A DNA stretch of 64,000 nucleotides, from assembly GCA_000091205.1 (NCBI GenBank), contig AP006488.2. The stretch is one strand, 5' to 3'. Source of the DNA: Cyanidioschyzon merolae (Eukaryota). Both the position numbers and the translations under genes were made by a program. This document shows positions 53,917 to 64,000 of the stretch, piece after piece; the first letter of the stretch is position 1, and the number at the start of each line of letters is the position of its first letter. The notes under the pieces are model-generated. The model saw nothing but the letters and a program-made list of their open reading frames with translations. It was not told the origin of the DNA and did not search any database.

Positions 53917-56377
53917 TTTAAAAGCAAAGAGCAAGAGCGAACGCAGGTTGCTCTGGACGTGACCTGAGTCAGCGAAATGCCTTCGCAAAACGCCGCGTCT
54001 GGTGCGTTCGAGCAGCGCACTTAGAAACGGTGCCCGAAGCGTCGAGGCCAACGACGACGACGCGTCCCTGTCGCTTAATTCGAGGCTGAAGAGCGTTCCG
54101 TGCAACCAGAAGAATGGACCTTGACCCGCACACCCGCCCGGGCGACGTCACGAACTCGTGCAGCAGCGGTGTGGAGCACGCGAGGGAAACGGAGATGATA
54201 CAGGCGTGCAACCTGCGTCTCAGCATGCCCGACACTTGTGATACATCTTCGGCGGCGATGCGTTTGTGTTGCAACCACCGCTGCAACCAGCCTATGATAG
54301 ATTTGTTTCAGGATATCAAGGCCAGAGGCATGAGTTCATGGGCTTACGGGGATTTGCTGCAATCATTCGCTGATTCGAGAGGAACTTGCCGCCGAGGCAG
54401 CGGTCATGCGTACGACGCCTGCCGACGGGGCTCGCCTGGTACACCAGCTGCAAGGTGTAAAATTCGGGTTTCACGGTACGGGAGCGTTGTACGGAAAAAA
54501 GACTATTGCCTGCTTCACAGACGCTGTGACGAAGATTCTGCGATGGACGCTGTCGCCAGATAGTTGCCACAGGCAGGGGAGCTCGCTCGCTCGCTCGCTC
54601 GCTCGCGTGCTGTTGCCAACAGGATCCGTGATGCAGCTCCCCCGATCATCGCCAAAGCGGCGCTCACTACTGCGATAGACAGTAACATCCTATACAATGT
54701 TACTTCATATCGTGACGCTCATGGAAGAAAGCGAGTGTCAACGGGGAGCTGCTCTGGCTCTAGCCGACAACACGCAAGCGACTGGTGCTCATGCACCGCG
54801 GTTCCTCCTCGGCTCGCATGCACAAAGCCAGGGACCACGCTGTCTCCGCACGGCGGCTCCAGCGAGACGGATCCAGTGCAGAAACAGGCACCACGCCAGG
54901 CTCGACACCCGGAGACTCTTCTAGAAGAACCATCATCCATAAAGTTGCGACCGGTCCGTGGTTTTTGAAAGCAGGGATCTAGAACGGTGTATCCGTTGCT
55001 TCTCCGGATGCTGATAACAATGGCGCATTCGGGAGATCCGCGGTTATATTCATGGACTCCGAACCGTAAAACCCGGAGCTTGAGCGTTCGTGGTGGCGCG
55101 GCGACGCTGAACGTTTCCAAAATATCGTAGCCGTGTTGCGTATCTCTCAAGCAAATCGAGGAAAAGCTATGGGGTCACTGAGCCCGACCAGACTTTCCTG
55201 AATTCGCAAACGCTACCGAGCACGAAGGAATATACTTCAACTTCGTTGACAACGTCGCATCTTGCCTTCAACACCAGAAGCGTATTCCCTTCTGGTATAG
55301 AGGCCGGTTCGATCAAGCGACTCGGCAGGCGCTGCTCAGGAACAGACTGGCGCTGTGATGCCTCGATCCAGCGCCAGCTCAAAGCGCACAGGGCCCGCCA
55401 CACGGCGAACACGCATCCTTCGTTGGCGCCCGTGGAAGCTGGACAGGCAGCCAGTCAGGAAGAGCCGCTGTCGGCGGCGCGGCACACTGGAGAAACTCAG
55501 CGACTAGCGCAATAACTGTGCTTTAGGTGCGTTGTTCTCGCGATTGCGTCCAGAGTAATCGAAATCGATGCGCGTTATCGGATTCCGGTGGGAATGCCCC
55601 AGCTTGGTGCGTATTCTCAGCGTTGAGGCCAGGATAGCACGTGTCCCGATACCGCTTGTGCCCCGCACCATGCCGACCTATACGTCATGCGGACGCATCC
55701 GAGCATGTCCAAAACAATACACATTCTTTGGGATATCACTCGCTACCGATCGAACGTAGCTATCGGTGAAGCGCATGCGATCTGCACGACGATGCAAAAG
55801 CGCACACCAGAGGCCTCACCTCGGGACACGTTGCACGTTTTCAGCAGACACCACCGACGCATCCCAATATGGATCCAAAGAGCACGCGTCCCGCCAGAGA
55901 CCATCTGGATCGGATGCGAAAAAGAACGAACCGGCCAACAGAAGCACCCGTAGCTTGTTTGCGTTGTTCTGTCCTGTGCGTGCTGGCACTCGATCCACCG
56001 CGATCCCGCCGCCAGTAAAGTGCGCCCCGGGCAACAATGCGCCGCCGATGCCGATGCCGCCGCCATCACACGCGGTTTGCGGTGAACAGCGGCCGGCGAT
56101 GCACCGCATGCGTGACGCGTGTGTGTGCCTGAGACGCGCGGTCCGCTCAGCGCGCGCCGCATCCGCAGCCTGCGATCATGTACGGCCGAGCGCGCACGCT
56201 GCCTGCAACACGGAGGCGATTTATCTCGCTACTTGATTCACGGCGGATCATGGACGAAAAGGACTGTCGAGATGCTGGGTGCGACGAACATCTTCGTTGC
56301 GCTCCGCCATACAAAATTTTTTCTATGTGTTTCTACAATAAACAATACATTGCCGTCGTTGTGTTTTAGCTGAGGTC

Positions 56378-57466
56378 TTGAAGATGACTGGGTTCTTACA
56401 CAGCGCAAAGTTGTTTTTCCTGTCAAGCTCGCAACGCGCGGGTCTTGAGAAGGGCGAGTTTTCTGAGGTACAGGCCGAGTGGGAGGCGAAGCTGCGGCGC
56501 ACCATGCGGCACGCCGAGCGGCTGGAGGAGGGTCTCACGCAAGTGACACCGGCCTGGAAGTCGGTCATAAAGTCTGTGCGAACGACGACGAGGAACGCGA
56601 AAGTGAAAGTGGCGAAAGGGACCGGTCGTAGAAAGCAGGTCGTGGAAGACTCGTTCCATGACGTAGACCCCGGGTACCTTGAGTTTGTGCAGCTGTCAGA
56701 GGAAGCGCTGAGCGCACTCGAGAGCCTGTGTGGGCGCGAGCTCTTCACGGGCGGCACGACGCTGTCGCATATGCTCAGCGAGGTACGCCAGTACATCGAG
56801 GGATGCCGCACACTCATCACCTACATTGGACAAGACGTAGAGAACGCCCGTCTGGAGTTTGACCACTACTACAACAAGTGCGAAGCGCTGAGTCAGCGCG
56901 CTCGTCAGCGTCGTTTGACAGAGGCGGAATCAGAGCGCATGATTCGGAATCGCGTGAAACTCGAACGCGCCCGCGATCGTTACGTTGCTCGCAAGCGCAA
57001 CTACGTCGACAGCGCGCGTGCGATGTACTACAAGTATCCACCGCTGTGTCGCGCCGTGTTGGCCGCACTGTGGTCATACCAGATGAGGGCATCGGAAGCG
57101 TTTCAGGAAGTTTCGGAAATGGTCGAGCAACATGTCTCGAACAATATTGAGCTGGCGAAGACGATCGATGTGCAGAGCATGGCGCCGGCGATTGCGGAAG
57201 AGGACAAAGAGGTCAAGCATGATGACCCCGAGATTCCGCTGACGTCCTACGAAGCAGCGACCAAGTTTGAGAAAAACGTATCGGAGGTGCCGCTGCCGCC
57301 TGGCTGGGAGGAACGCATCGATCCGGCTACCGGGCGCATCTTTTACATCTCGCATGCGGAGAAGAAGACGAGCTGGGTACCGCCGACGCCGCCAAAGTAC
57401 GAGAAGGCGCTTAAGGCACCGAAGCCGCATATTGAAAAAATGACGCCAGAGTCAGTACGTGTCTGA
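56378..57466 (+). CDS. WW-domain-containing coiled-coil protein, hypothetical. The first ATG is 56384.
   Basis: The C-terminal 'LPPGWEERIDPATGRIFYISHAEKKTSWVPP' is a canonical WW domain (W...G...Y.NH....T.W..P). The rest is helical and charged. Confidence 0.6.
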   Translation: MKMTGFLHSAKLFFLSSSQRAGLEKGEFSEVQAEWEAKLRRTMRHAERLEEGLTQVTPAWKSVIKSVRTTTRNAKVKVAKGTGRRKQVVEDSFHDVDPGYLEFVQLSEEALSALESLCGRELFTGGTTLSHMLSEVRQYIEGCRTLITYIGQDVENARLEFDHYYNKCEALSQRARQRRLTEAESERMIRNRVKLERARDRYVARKRNYVDSARAMYYKYPPLCRAVLAALWSYQMRASEAFQEVSEMVEQHVSNNIELAKTIDVQSMAPAIAEEDKEVKHDDPEIPLTSYEAATKFEKNVSEVPLPPGWEERIDPATGRIFYISHAEKKTSWVPPTPPKYEKALKAPKPHIEKMTPESVRV

Positions 57467-58858
57467 AATCGGATTGACAGGGACAGATGTAACAGCAAAC
57501 GCCGGCACGATGGGCGTCATTGGAACATGATGAGCACCGCGGCATGCTTTTCAGTTTGGAGAGCATCGCGAATACATGACGAACCCCGGGAGGACACGTG
57601 TATTTCATTGGCACCATCGTGAGGTGCAAGGTTTCAAAGATAAAAGTTGAGATGTTTCAGTCATAGAGTCAGGTATGCCAGTGCCAGAATGACATGCGGC
57701 GTGGAACATGTCCTCGAAATCGGGCGCTCACGCGAAATTTGAGTCTCTTTCTGCTGTCATGGAGAACAGGCTCTTGGGGGCTTTGTCGGCGACTGCTTCC
57801 CTTTCCTCCCTCGTATCTCCAGCGTTCAATGCCGCGGTCTGTCCTTGGCTTTCGGACCCGCTGTCCGCAGTCGCAGGATGTCGATGGCAGCGCCAAAGAC
57901 TCGCTTTCGGTGTCTCTTGATGTTGTAGATGCATTACGTGCACAGAGAGAACTTGGGATCTACGCTTCGTTTCCTATTTTCCTCTGATTGTTATCTGGCC
58001 TCAGTGCACCCTTCGCAGAGATGACACTTGTCCGTGGTGAGACGTTCCCATGTGTCCACCATGCTTCTCCTTCTCCGTGCGCCGCCCTGCCGCGCATTAT
58101 TGAAAACTTGAAGAATGCGTAATTCGAGCTCGCTCAATGTAAGCAGCAGGAGAAGCGTGGACGCCTGTATGTATGAATCAATAAAAAAATATCGGCGTTT
58201 TTTGTTGTAAAACACCTTGCTCGATGCCGTCGCGGATCATCTCGATGACGATAACGTAACGAATGCCATGGATGAACTGTCGCGGGATCCATTCCGAAAG
58301 CATCACCCGAAACCCTAAACCCTAACATGAAACCGTTATAACCCGTTGATGTTCTTACAATGCGGATGCTGTTCATTGCAAACAACCTCCAAAAGTCTCC
58401 AAATGCAAGAATAGAGCGAGCTCCTCCGTGCCCCGTTTGAACCTGGGTTCGCTGGAGGTGCCACTGGTACACCGACCGGGGCTCCAGTCGGGCACTCGCC
58501 TTGAAGCCAAACTGCATCGCTGCTCCAGGAGAACCCTACCACTAAACCGACGCTCAAAAAGCCTCCACGAAACCGTCCGCCCTCCGAACAGCATTGTCGA
58601 CGACGCTAACGCCCGATCGCAACGAGCACCCAGCGTACGCGCTGCACTCTGTAGACCGGTGCTGTCGTCAGAGGGAACGAAAACCAGGCTCTCATTTGGA
58701 ATGGCTGATTCGACGTTCACGGAACAGAGAAGCGTCTAGAGACGTACCTCACATCCGCGTTCTTGGTTCCCAAATATCCAGCCCACATCCAGAGAATAGG
58801 CAGATGACCCCCGGGATCGTCCACGACCAGGTACCAATGCAGCGTTTGAGCTATCGAC

Positions 58859-60451
58859 GTGCGTGCGTGCATGCGTGCGTGCATCCCGTGTCACGCGCGT
58901 CACGCGGGCGACCAGCGCGCCGGTCGAATCCAGCGAAAGCGCGCTGCAGCGGCAGCTCTAGTATTCAGGGGGCTTCTTGCGCTGACAACAGGTTTTTTCG
59001 GGCTGCATCGAACAGTGTTGCCGGTGAATCTAGCGTCCAATTCAGTGGACTGTGCGAGGTCTATAAGTACACCCATGGACTGGAGTTTGAATGGTGTCGG
59101 AGATGACGCGGACTTCCGTGCGCGACGGGGGCGTTACGCTGGTGCCGCTGGCGCTGCGGTGCCGGTGGTGGCGTTCGCGGTACCGCCGGCGCACCTGCAG
59201 CTCCGCAAGAACCTGACACCCAACGCTTGTACGGTGCCTTTTCGTCGAAAGGGTCGTGTACTTGGGAGTCGGCGCTGTTTTGTGGTGGCAGAGTCTGACT
59301 ACGCGGCGGACGACGACTCCGAGACAAGCTATTCTGGTACAACAAATCACGGGTATGCGCAGCCGGGTACCGCGCGAGGTTTTGGGGTATTCACGCGCAG
59401 TCAGGACAGCGAACTAGAGCGTGGACGAGGACGGAGGCAGCAGGCATATCGGTTGCTGTCGGATAGTCGCACGTTTCGGTTCTACGACTATCTGAGAGAG
59501 GCGCACTTTCCAAAAGTTGCGCTAGCTGAGGTTCCAGTGGATGGTGCGTCGTCGTTGAAGATGCGCGGGCTCGTTGCTACCGCAGCCATTCGAGCTGGCG
59601 AGGTCATCTGTCGGATACCTCGTCGGCTTGCTATCTGTCTGGGTAGCGAGGGTGAGAACCCCGGTTTGCCCGCACTCCATCTCTTGCGCATGATGACGGA
59701 CGGCGAGGCCGTGCACAAGTATAAGGCGTACTTTGACGTTTTGCCGCGCCCGGAAATGTGCCAAATGACTACCGACTTCTATAACGATGAGGAACTGGGG
59801 CAAATTGCGCACACACCGACTGTTGAGGAGACGCGGCGACGTCGACAGCAGTTGCGAGACACCTTCCTGCAGGAGTTCCTTCGAACGGGAGCGGATTATC
59901 TGCATCCCCAGGTGGCTGCCCAAAATCTTGATCATATGCCAGAGTTTCAGCGTTATCTATGGGCTGTGCACTTAGTCGTCAGCCGGGCGTTAGCAGTGCG
60001 CACGGGCGACGAGGCTCAGCGCTACCTCATCCCGCTCCTCGACATGATCAACTGCCGTATGGATTCGAAACACGAGCTTCGTTACCGTATTGCAACTGAT
60101 GAATTCGTACTCATCGCTGGTGAATCTGTGCGGCGCTCGGAGGAGATTCGCATCCCATATGGCGGGGGTTTCGTCAGCAACGATCGACTCATTCAAGATT
60201 ATGGGTTTATCGTTGAACGGAACCCCGCCGATCTGTTGCTCTTCCTTCCTCGACATTGTGTCCAACGGGCGGACCTCCTGTCCTCCGAGGAACGCGAAAA
60301 CGTCCGCCAAGAATGCGCGGCGGTACTTGCGCGGCAGCAACAGGTTCTTAGTGTTCCGTCCGAGCGCATTCGTGCCTTTAATCGAGCTGTCGTGGACGCC
60401 GCTCGAAAATGCATTGAGTTGCTGGAAACCGCCGAAGAAATTCAGTCTTGA
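58859..60451 (+). CDS. SET-domain protein-lysine N-methyltransferase (Rubisco-LSMT/SETD6-like). The N-terminus is uncertain: the ORF opens at GTG in low-complexity sequence.
   Basis: 'KMRGLVATAAIRAGEVICRIPRRLAI' is the SET N-region. 'LIPLLDMINCRMD' is the (NH)-type SET motif. 'EEIRIPYGGGFVSNDRLIQDYGFIVE' is the post-SET 'SYG..SNdeLl..YGF' motif. It has a C-terminal LSMT-like substrate-binding extension. Confidence 0.7.
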   Translation: MRACMRACIPCHARHAGDQRAGRIQRKRAAAAALVFRGLLALTTGFFGLHRTVLPVNLASNSVDCARSISTPMDWSLNGVGDDADFRARRGRYAGAAGAAVPVVAFAVPPAHLQLRKNLTPNACTVPFRRKGRVLGSRRCFVVAESDYAADDDSETSYSGTTNHGYAQPGTARGFGVFTRSQDSELERGRGRRQQAYRLLSDSRTFRFYDYLREAHFPKVALAEVPVDGASSLKMRGLVATAAIRAGEVICRIPRRLAICLGSEGENPGLPALHLLRMMTDGEAVHKYKAYFDVLPRPEMCQMTTDFYNDEELGQIAHTPTVEETRRRRQQLRDTFLQEFLRTGADYLHPQVAAQNLDHMPEFQRYLWAVHLVVSRALAVRTGDEAQRYLIPLLDMINCRMDSKHELRYRIATDEFVLIAGESVRRSEEIRIPYGGGFVSNDRLIQDYGFIVERNPADLLLFLPRHCVQRADLLSSEERENVRQECAAVLARQQQVLSVPSERIRAFNRAVVDAARKCIELLETAEEIQS

Positions 60452-61662
60452 ACTGATGGACGCGTCTCGTTACGGGCTGTGGCGCAGCTGCTGCGGCATC
60501 CGCACCGCCTCTGGGTCTTGAAAATATCTTTCGGGTGCGAATCGAAAAACGGCGTCAAAGCGAATCTCGAGCTGGTTTCATGACCAGCGCTATTTGCTCA
60601 TACATCGGTTGCTGTTTGCGGCAGGCGTGAGCATCTTGATATGCCGAAGAGCCTGCATCGTTCATGGGCATCGTCGGCAGCGGCACCGATAGGCGCTGCG
60701 GTAGAAGCAACTACGTTGTGCGAATCGTAGCTCACTGCAAGGTTCACTGAAAAATCTCTTGTCAGTGATGTTGCACCCAGTGCATCACATGGCGTTTCCA
60801 TAGCGCCATAAGATGCTCCGCGTGGCGGTATCGCGTGTATGCAGTGCCGCGCGCACGCCAGCCTCGAGAACCCTCGCACCGCCCGGTGCTGGCGTCACGC
60901 CTGAGCGGCTCTGTGCAGGCACGGCGTCGGTGTAACAGTCACTTTTGTGTGCATGTAGGTTTGTGGGAGTGTAATTCTATGCGTATGTGCGTTTGTTTGC
61001 ACTTGCGTGTTTGTCCTGATTATAAACGTTTCCTGCACTGCCGAGGGTGCAAACAATAGCTGCACGGTACACGCTGGAAGCGGTTTGTGATGCGCACAGA
61101 CTTTGCATCGTGACTCGACAAGATGAATGCGTTCCGTTGCGCACGGCAACAGAGCACGAGCTGCGTCACCAGCGTGTTACAGAGGCGAGCGAGGAGCGGG
61201 CTCCGTGCCTGGCGTCGTCACGCGTGGCGTCATGCGATGTGTTCGCGTTGCTAGCGAATCCTTAGCATGGCACAACACACAAGCATATATGTATATACAT
61301 ACACGCGTGCGTACCCGTCTACCAGACGCAGGAAAGAAAAGAGATGCAAGCATGGTCGTTTGGGTATGAGCGGCGCGGTCGCGGGCGGTACGCGTCTCGA
61401 ACACAGTCCAGAGGACGCCCGACTCCACAGTTGCATGACCTGTCCGGGTCGTGGCAGCAGCAACAATTTTCCATCCCCTATAAGCGTACTGAAAGCAAGG
61501 CCCGCCGACATTCTTCGTTTACCTGATGCTCGCCGGAACGCCCCCAAACAATGTCGCACACGGGATGCAACGCGGTGTGCTGGCCCTTGCATCGGCCGCG
61601 ATTCTGAGGCGAGAAACGCGCCCCACAAAGGTCCTTTCATGTGCGTTTGTGTCTGTGCCGAT

Positions 61663-62958
61663 TCACGCTTTGGGTTGCATATCGATGGTCTCGAGCTCTT
61701 TGGCAAGCTGCGCCATTCGCGTACCCTGCGCAGCTGCTTTGACTGCTGCTTTCATTTTGTTGCGTTTCGCCTCCTGCATGGCCCTCAGACCTGCTGTGCT
61801 AGAGAGACTAGCGACCGACAATGTATTTGACGTGCACCAGGGATGCTTCAGTGCCTCCTCAGCCGAGAGGCGTTGTTCCGGGTTCACCTGGAGCAGTGCC
61901 CGAACCAATTCCTTGGCGTCATCGCTGACTTGTGCCCATTCGGATTCTCGGAATTTGTATTGCGCTCGTACGATGCGGCGCATGATTTCGTAGTCGTCTT
62001 TTCCGTAAAAAGGCATTTTTCCACTCAACATGATAAAAAGAATCACACCAGCGCTCCAGCAATCTACCTTGCTCGTGTAAGGTTGATGTTTGACGATCTC
62101 GGGCGCTACGTAGCCCGGTGTACCAATACAGGTTCGCATGAGCGCTTCTGTGCCCTTGCCAATCACGTTCGCCAGACCAAAGTCGGCGATTTTCAGGTGC
62201 ATTTTGGAAAGCGGCGCAGTCGGGTCTGTCGTCAAGAGGTTCTCTGGTTTGAGATCACGGTGTGCAATGCCGCGGCTATGCAGGTACGCAACGCCGCGCA
62301 TCAACTGCCGAAACACGTGAGCGGCATCGCGCTCACTAAACGCACCAGCCACGGCGATGCGGTCAAAGAGTTCACCGCCTTTCATTTTCTCCATGACGAT
62401 GTAGATGGCATCCGGCGCATCATAGATATCGTAAGTCTCGACACAATTCGGGTGTTGGACCGTCAATAGAATATGAACCTCTCGCGCGAGCAGGGCAAAG
62501 TCCGCCGGGTCTAAACTCGCCTTTCGAATAACTTTCACTGCTGCCTGCTCACCGGTGACTTTGTCGTAGGCGTCGTAGACGACGGCGAACGCACCTTCCC
62601 CGATCTTGCTGCCAAGCTCATAATCGCGCTCAAACGAGCGGCTCACTGCTTGGCTGAGGGCCACGAACCAGTCCTCTGCCTCTTTGTCGGAGGGGGCCAC
62701 GAACTCCAACTTTCGCTCGGTGGTCGTGATGCGGAATCCACGTTTACCCACGCGCTCTAGCTGTGCGCCGAGGATGTTCAGTCTCCAGGTCGGCTCGAAG
62801 GCTTCGCGACTCGTGTAGTTGCTGAGCGTGGAGCCGGCTGCCACCATCCAGCGTTTCGTTGAGGAAAACGTTCGACACTTTTTCTGGACGTAGCCACGGT
62901 ACTGAGCGGGTGCCCCGTGGCGCATCGTCACCTGGCGCACATTGTCCATGGCTGACAT
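61663..62958 (-). CDS. Serine/threonine protein kinase of the CaMK-like group with an N-terminal PH domain. The ORF opens at GTG 62976; the first ATG is ~62958.
   Basis: GEGAFAVVYDA...AAVKVI (subdomain I-II). HRDLKPENLL (VIb). DFGLA (VII). GTPGYVAPE (VIII). DCWSAGVILFIMLSG (IX). N-terminal PH-like 'GYVQKKCRTFSSTKRWMVAAGSTLSNY...FRITTTERKLEFVAPSDKEAEDWFVAL'. Confidence 0.85.
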   Translation of the reverse strand: MSAMDNVRQVTMRHGAPAQYRGYVQKKCRTFSSTKRWMVAAGSTLSNYTSREAFEPTWRLNILGAQLERVGKRGFRITTTERKLEFVAPSDKEAEDWFVALSQAVSRSFERDYELGSKIGEGAFAVVYDAYDKVTGEQAAVKVIRKASLDPADFALLAREVHILLTVQHPNCVETYDIYDAPDAIYIVMEKMKGGELFDRIAVAGAFSERDAAHVFRQLMRGVAYLHSRGIAHRDLKPENLLTTDPTAPLSKMHLKIADFGLANVIGKGTEALMRTCIGTPGYVAPEIVKHQPYTSKVDCWSAGVILFIMLSGKMPFYGKDDYEIMRRIVRAQYKFRESEWAQVSDDAKELVRALLQVNPEQRLSAEEALKHPWCTSNTLSVASLSSTAGLRAMQEAKRNKMKAAVKAAAQGTRMAQLAKELETIDMQPKA

Positions 62959-63529
62959 CGCGCTCAACCGGTACACGTTCCGCGAGTCGCAGCGTCACCC
63001 GACGTGCGTTTTCGCTCTGTGCTGCGCAGCACCGTGCCGTGTCCCGGCCTGCCGTACTGGAAGCGCTGCTATCCGTCGTGCCGCTCAGGGAGTATCCTCG
63101 CCGATGCGCGCCTGCGTCCAAAGAAGCAGCATCTCAGATTCTCGACATATATGGACTAATCGGCATTCAGCATATCGCCCGCAATGCCGAGAGCCAACGC
63201 TACCGAATACTATCGCCAGGGGCAAAGCACATGCGGCAAACAAGGAGCGATACGAACGCTTCATGTATGGCGCACGAAAAGAAAGCGTTGCAAAGCATGA
63301 CGTCCGCTCCAGTATCGATGTCGTTTGCGTATGTGCGGTGAATCGCAAGTGAGATGGCGAATATGTGCCGAGTGCGCAACTCGACCCTGATCGCGCGAGC
63401 ATCCCTGTCTAACCGCGTGTTTTCGTACTTGTACGAATGATGATACTTTTCTTTTCAACGACACTGCTCGGGATCAGCACGGATACACACTGAGAAGATG
63501 TAGTCGACTGTGAGCCCAAGTGACACCAC

Positions 63530-63566
63530 GATACCGACCGACCGACCGACCGACCGACCGACCGAC
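63530..63566. repeat. (CCGA)9 microsatellite.
   Basis: accgaccgaccgaccgaccgaccgaccgaccg. Another (GCTC)6 tract lies at ~54584-54608. Confidence 0.9.
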
Positions 63567-64000
63567 CGGAACTGCTGCCGATACGAGCAGCAAAGCTCCG
63601 GGTGGCATCCCGGCGTCGTTTTCATATCCAGTGCCTTGGTCGAGGGTGAAACCACCAGCTTTATGCTTCGACTGTGAATGTTTATGGTTTATAAGCGTGT
63701 TCGTGAATATGAAAAGGCAGCCTGGGGGGAATCACGGTTTCCAATGGAATACGCGTTTCAGCGAATACTCTGTTGACTGCGCAACGTACCAACAGACATA
63801 CTCCGAATGCAGCATCAAACTCGTAGTAGAGAAGATACGATCTATACCATCAACATTGCGGACTCGGTGACTCGGCATTGGCTGCTGAACGGATGAGACG
63901 CATGCGCGACGCTCGTGCAGGTACCAGGTTCCGCCGGCGCCTCCTTGAACACTGCTACTGCAATCGAGACGAGTCGCTCGAAGTACCAAGTGATTCCGGA

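Noticed and set aside
58859-59070. N-terminal 70 codons of the SET-domain ORF, starting 'MRACMRACIPC'.
   Set aside because: The ORF opens at a GTG inside a (GTGCGTGC)n low-complexity tract. It is likely 5' UTR. The true start is probably a downstream ATG (~59075 or later).

Overview
This is a GC-rich (~57%) nuclear stretch from an intron-poor, gene-dense eukaryote; the organism is not identified, though a DUF3110-like gene hints at a plastid-bearing lineage. About 15 housekeeping genes sit as long uninterrupted ORFs on alternating strands: a DEAD-box helicase, a large TPR protein, TRAPPC2/sedlin, PDCD5, glutathione synthetase, a GH47 alpha-1,2-mannosidase, tubulin-folding cofactor D, 3-mercaptopyruvate sulfurtransferase, a WW-domain protein, a SET-domain methyltransferase, a PH-domain/CaMK-like kinase, a DUF3110-like protein, and several low-complexity or hypothetical proteins. 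The ORF track uses TTG/GTG starts, so most annotated N-termini are upper bounds; I give first in-frame ATGs where they matter.

The most interesting content is a family of Fanzor/TnpB-like (OMEGA-type, RuvC-fold) transposon nuclease genes. One nearly intact copy lies at 25.9-28.3 kb on the minus strand. It has a RuvC-I-like 'ADPGNTN' segment, a 'TS' motif with Cys/His cluster, and a perfect RuvC-III 'NRDFNAAINIRR' motif. It appears split by at least one spliceosomal intron (AG|GTAAGG donor) and carries an in-frame 24-aa x4 acidic tandem repeat. At least two clearly homologous degenerate copies exist at 1.9-3.2 kb and 50.5-51.7 kb, with two further motif relics at ~12.0 kb and ~52.2 kb. The intact copy sits in a transposable-element island next to a frameshifted non-LTR LINE (APE endonuclease plus reverse transcriptase) at 29.4-32.5 kb, bracketed by diverged ~115-bp direct repeats. 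Other notable structure: 90-bp minisatellites immediately after the stop codons of two genes, a 143-bp tandem duplication in a 5' region, and several microsatellites. No rRNA, confident tRNA or CRISPR array was found.
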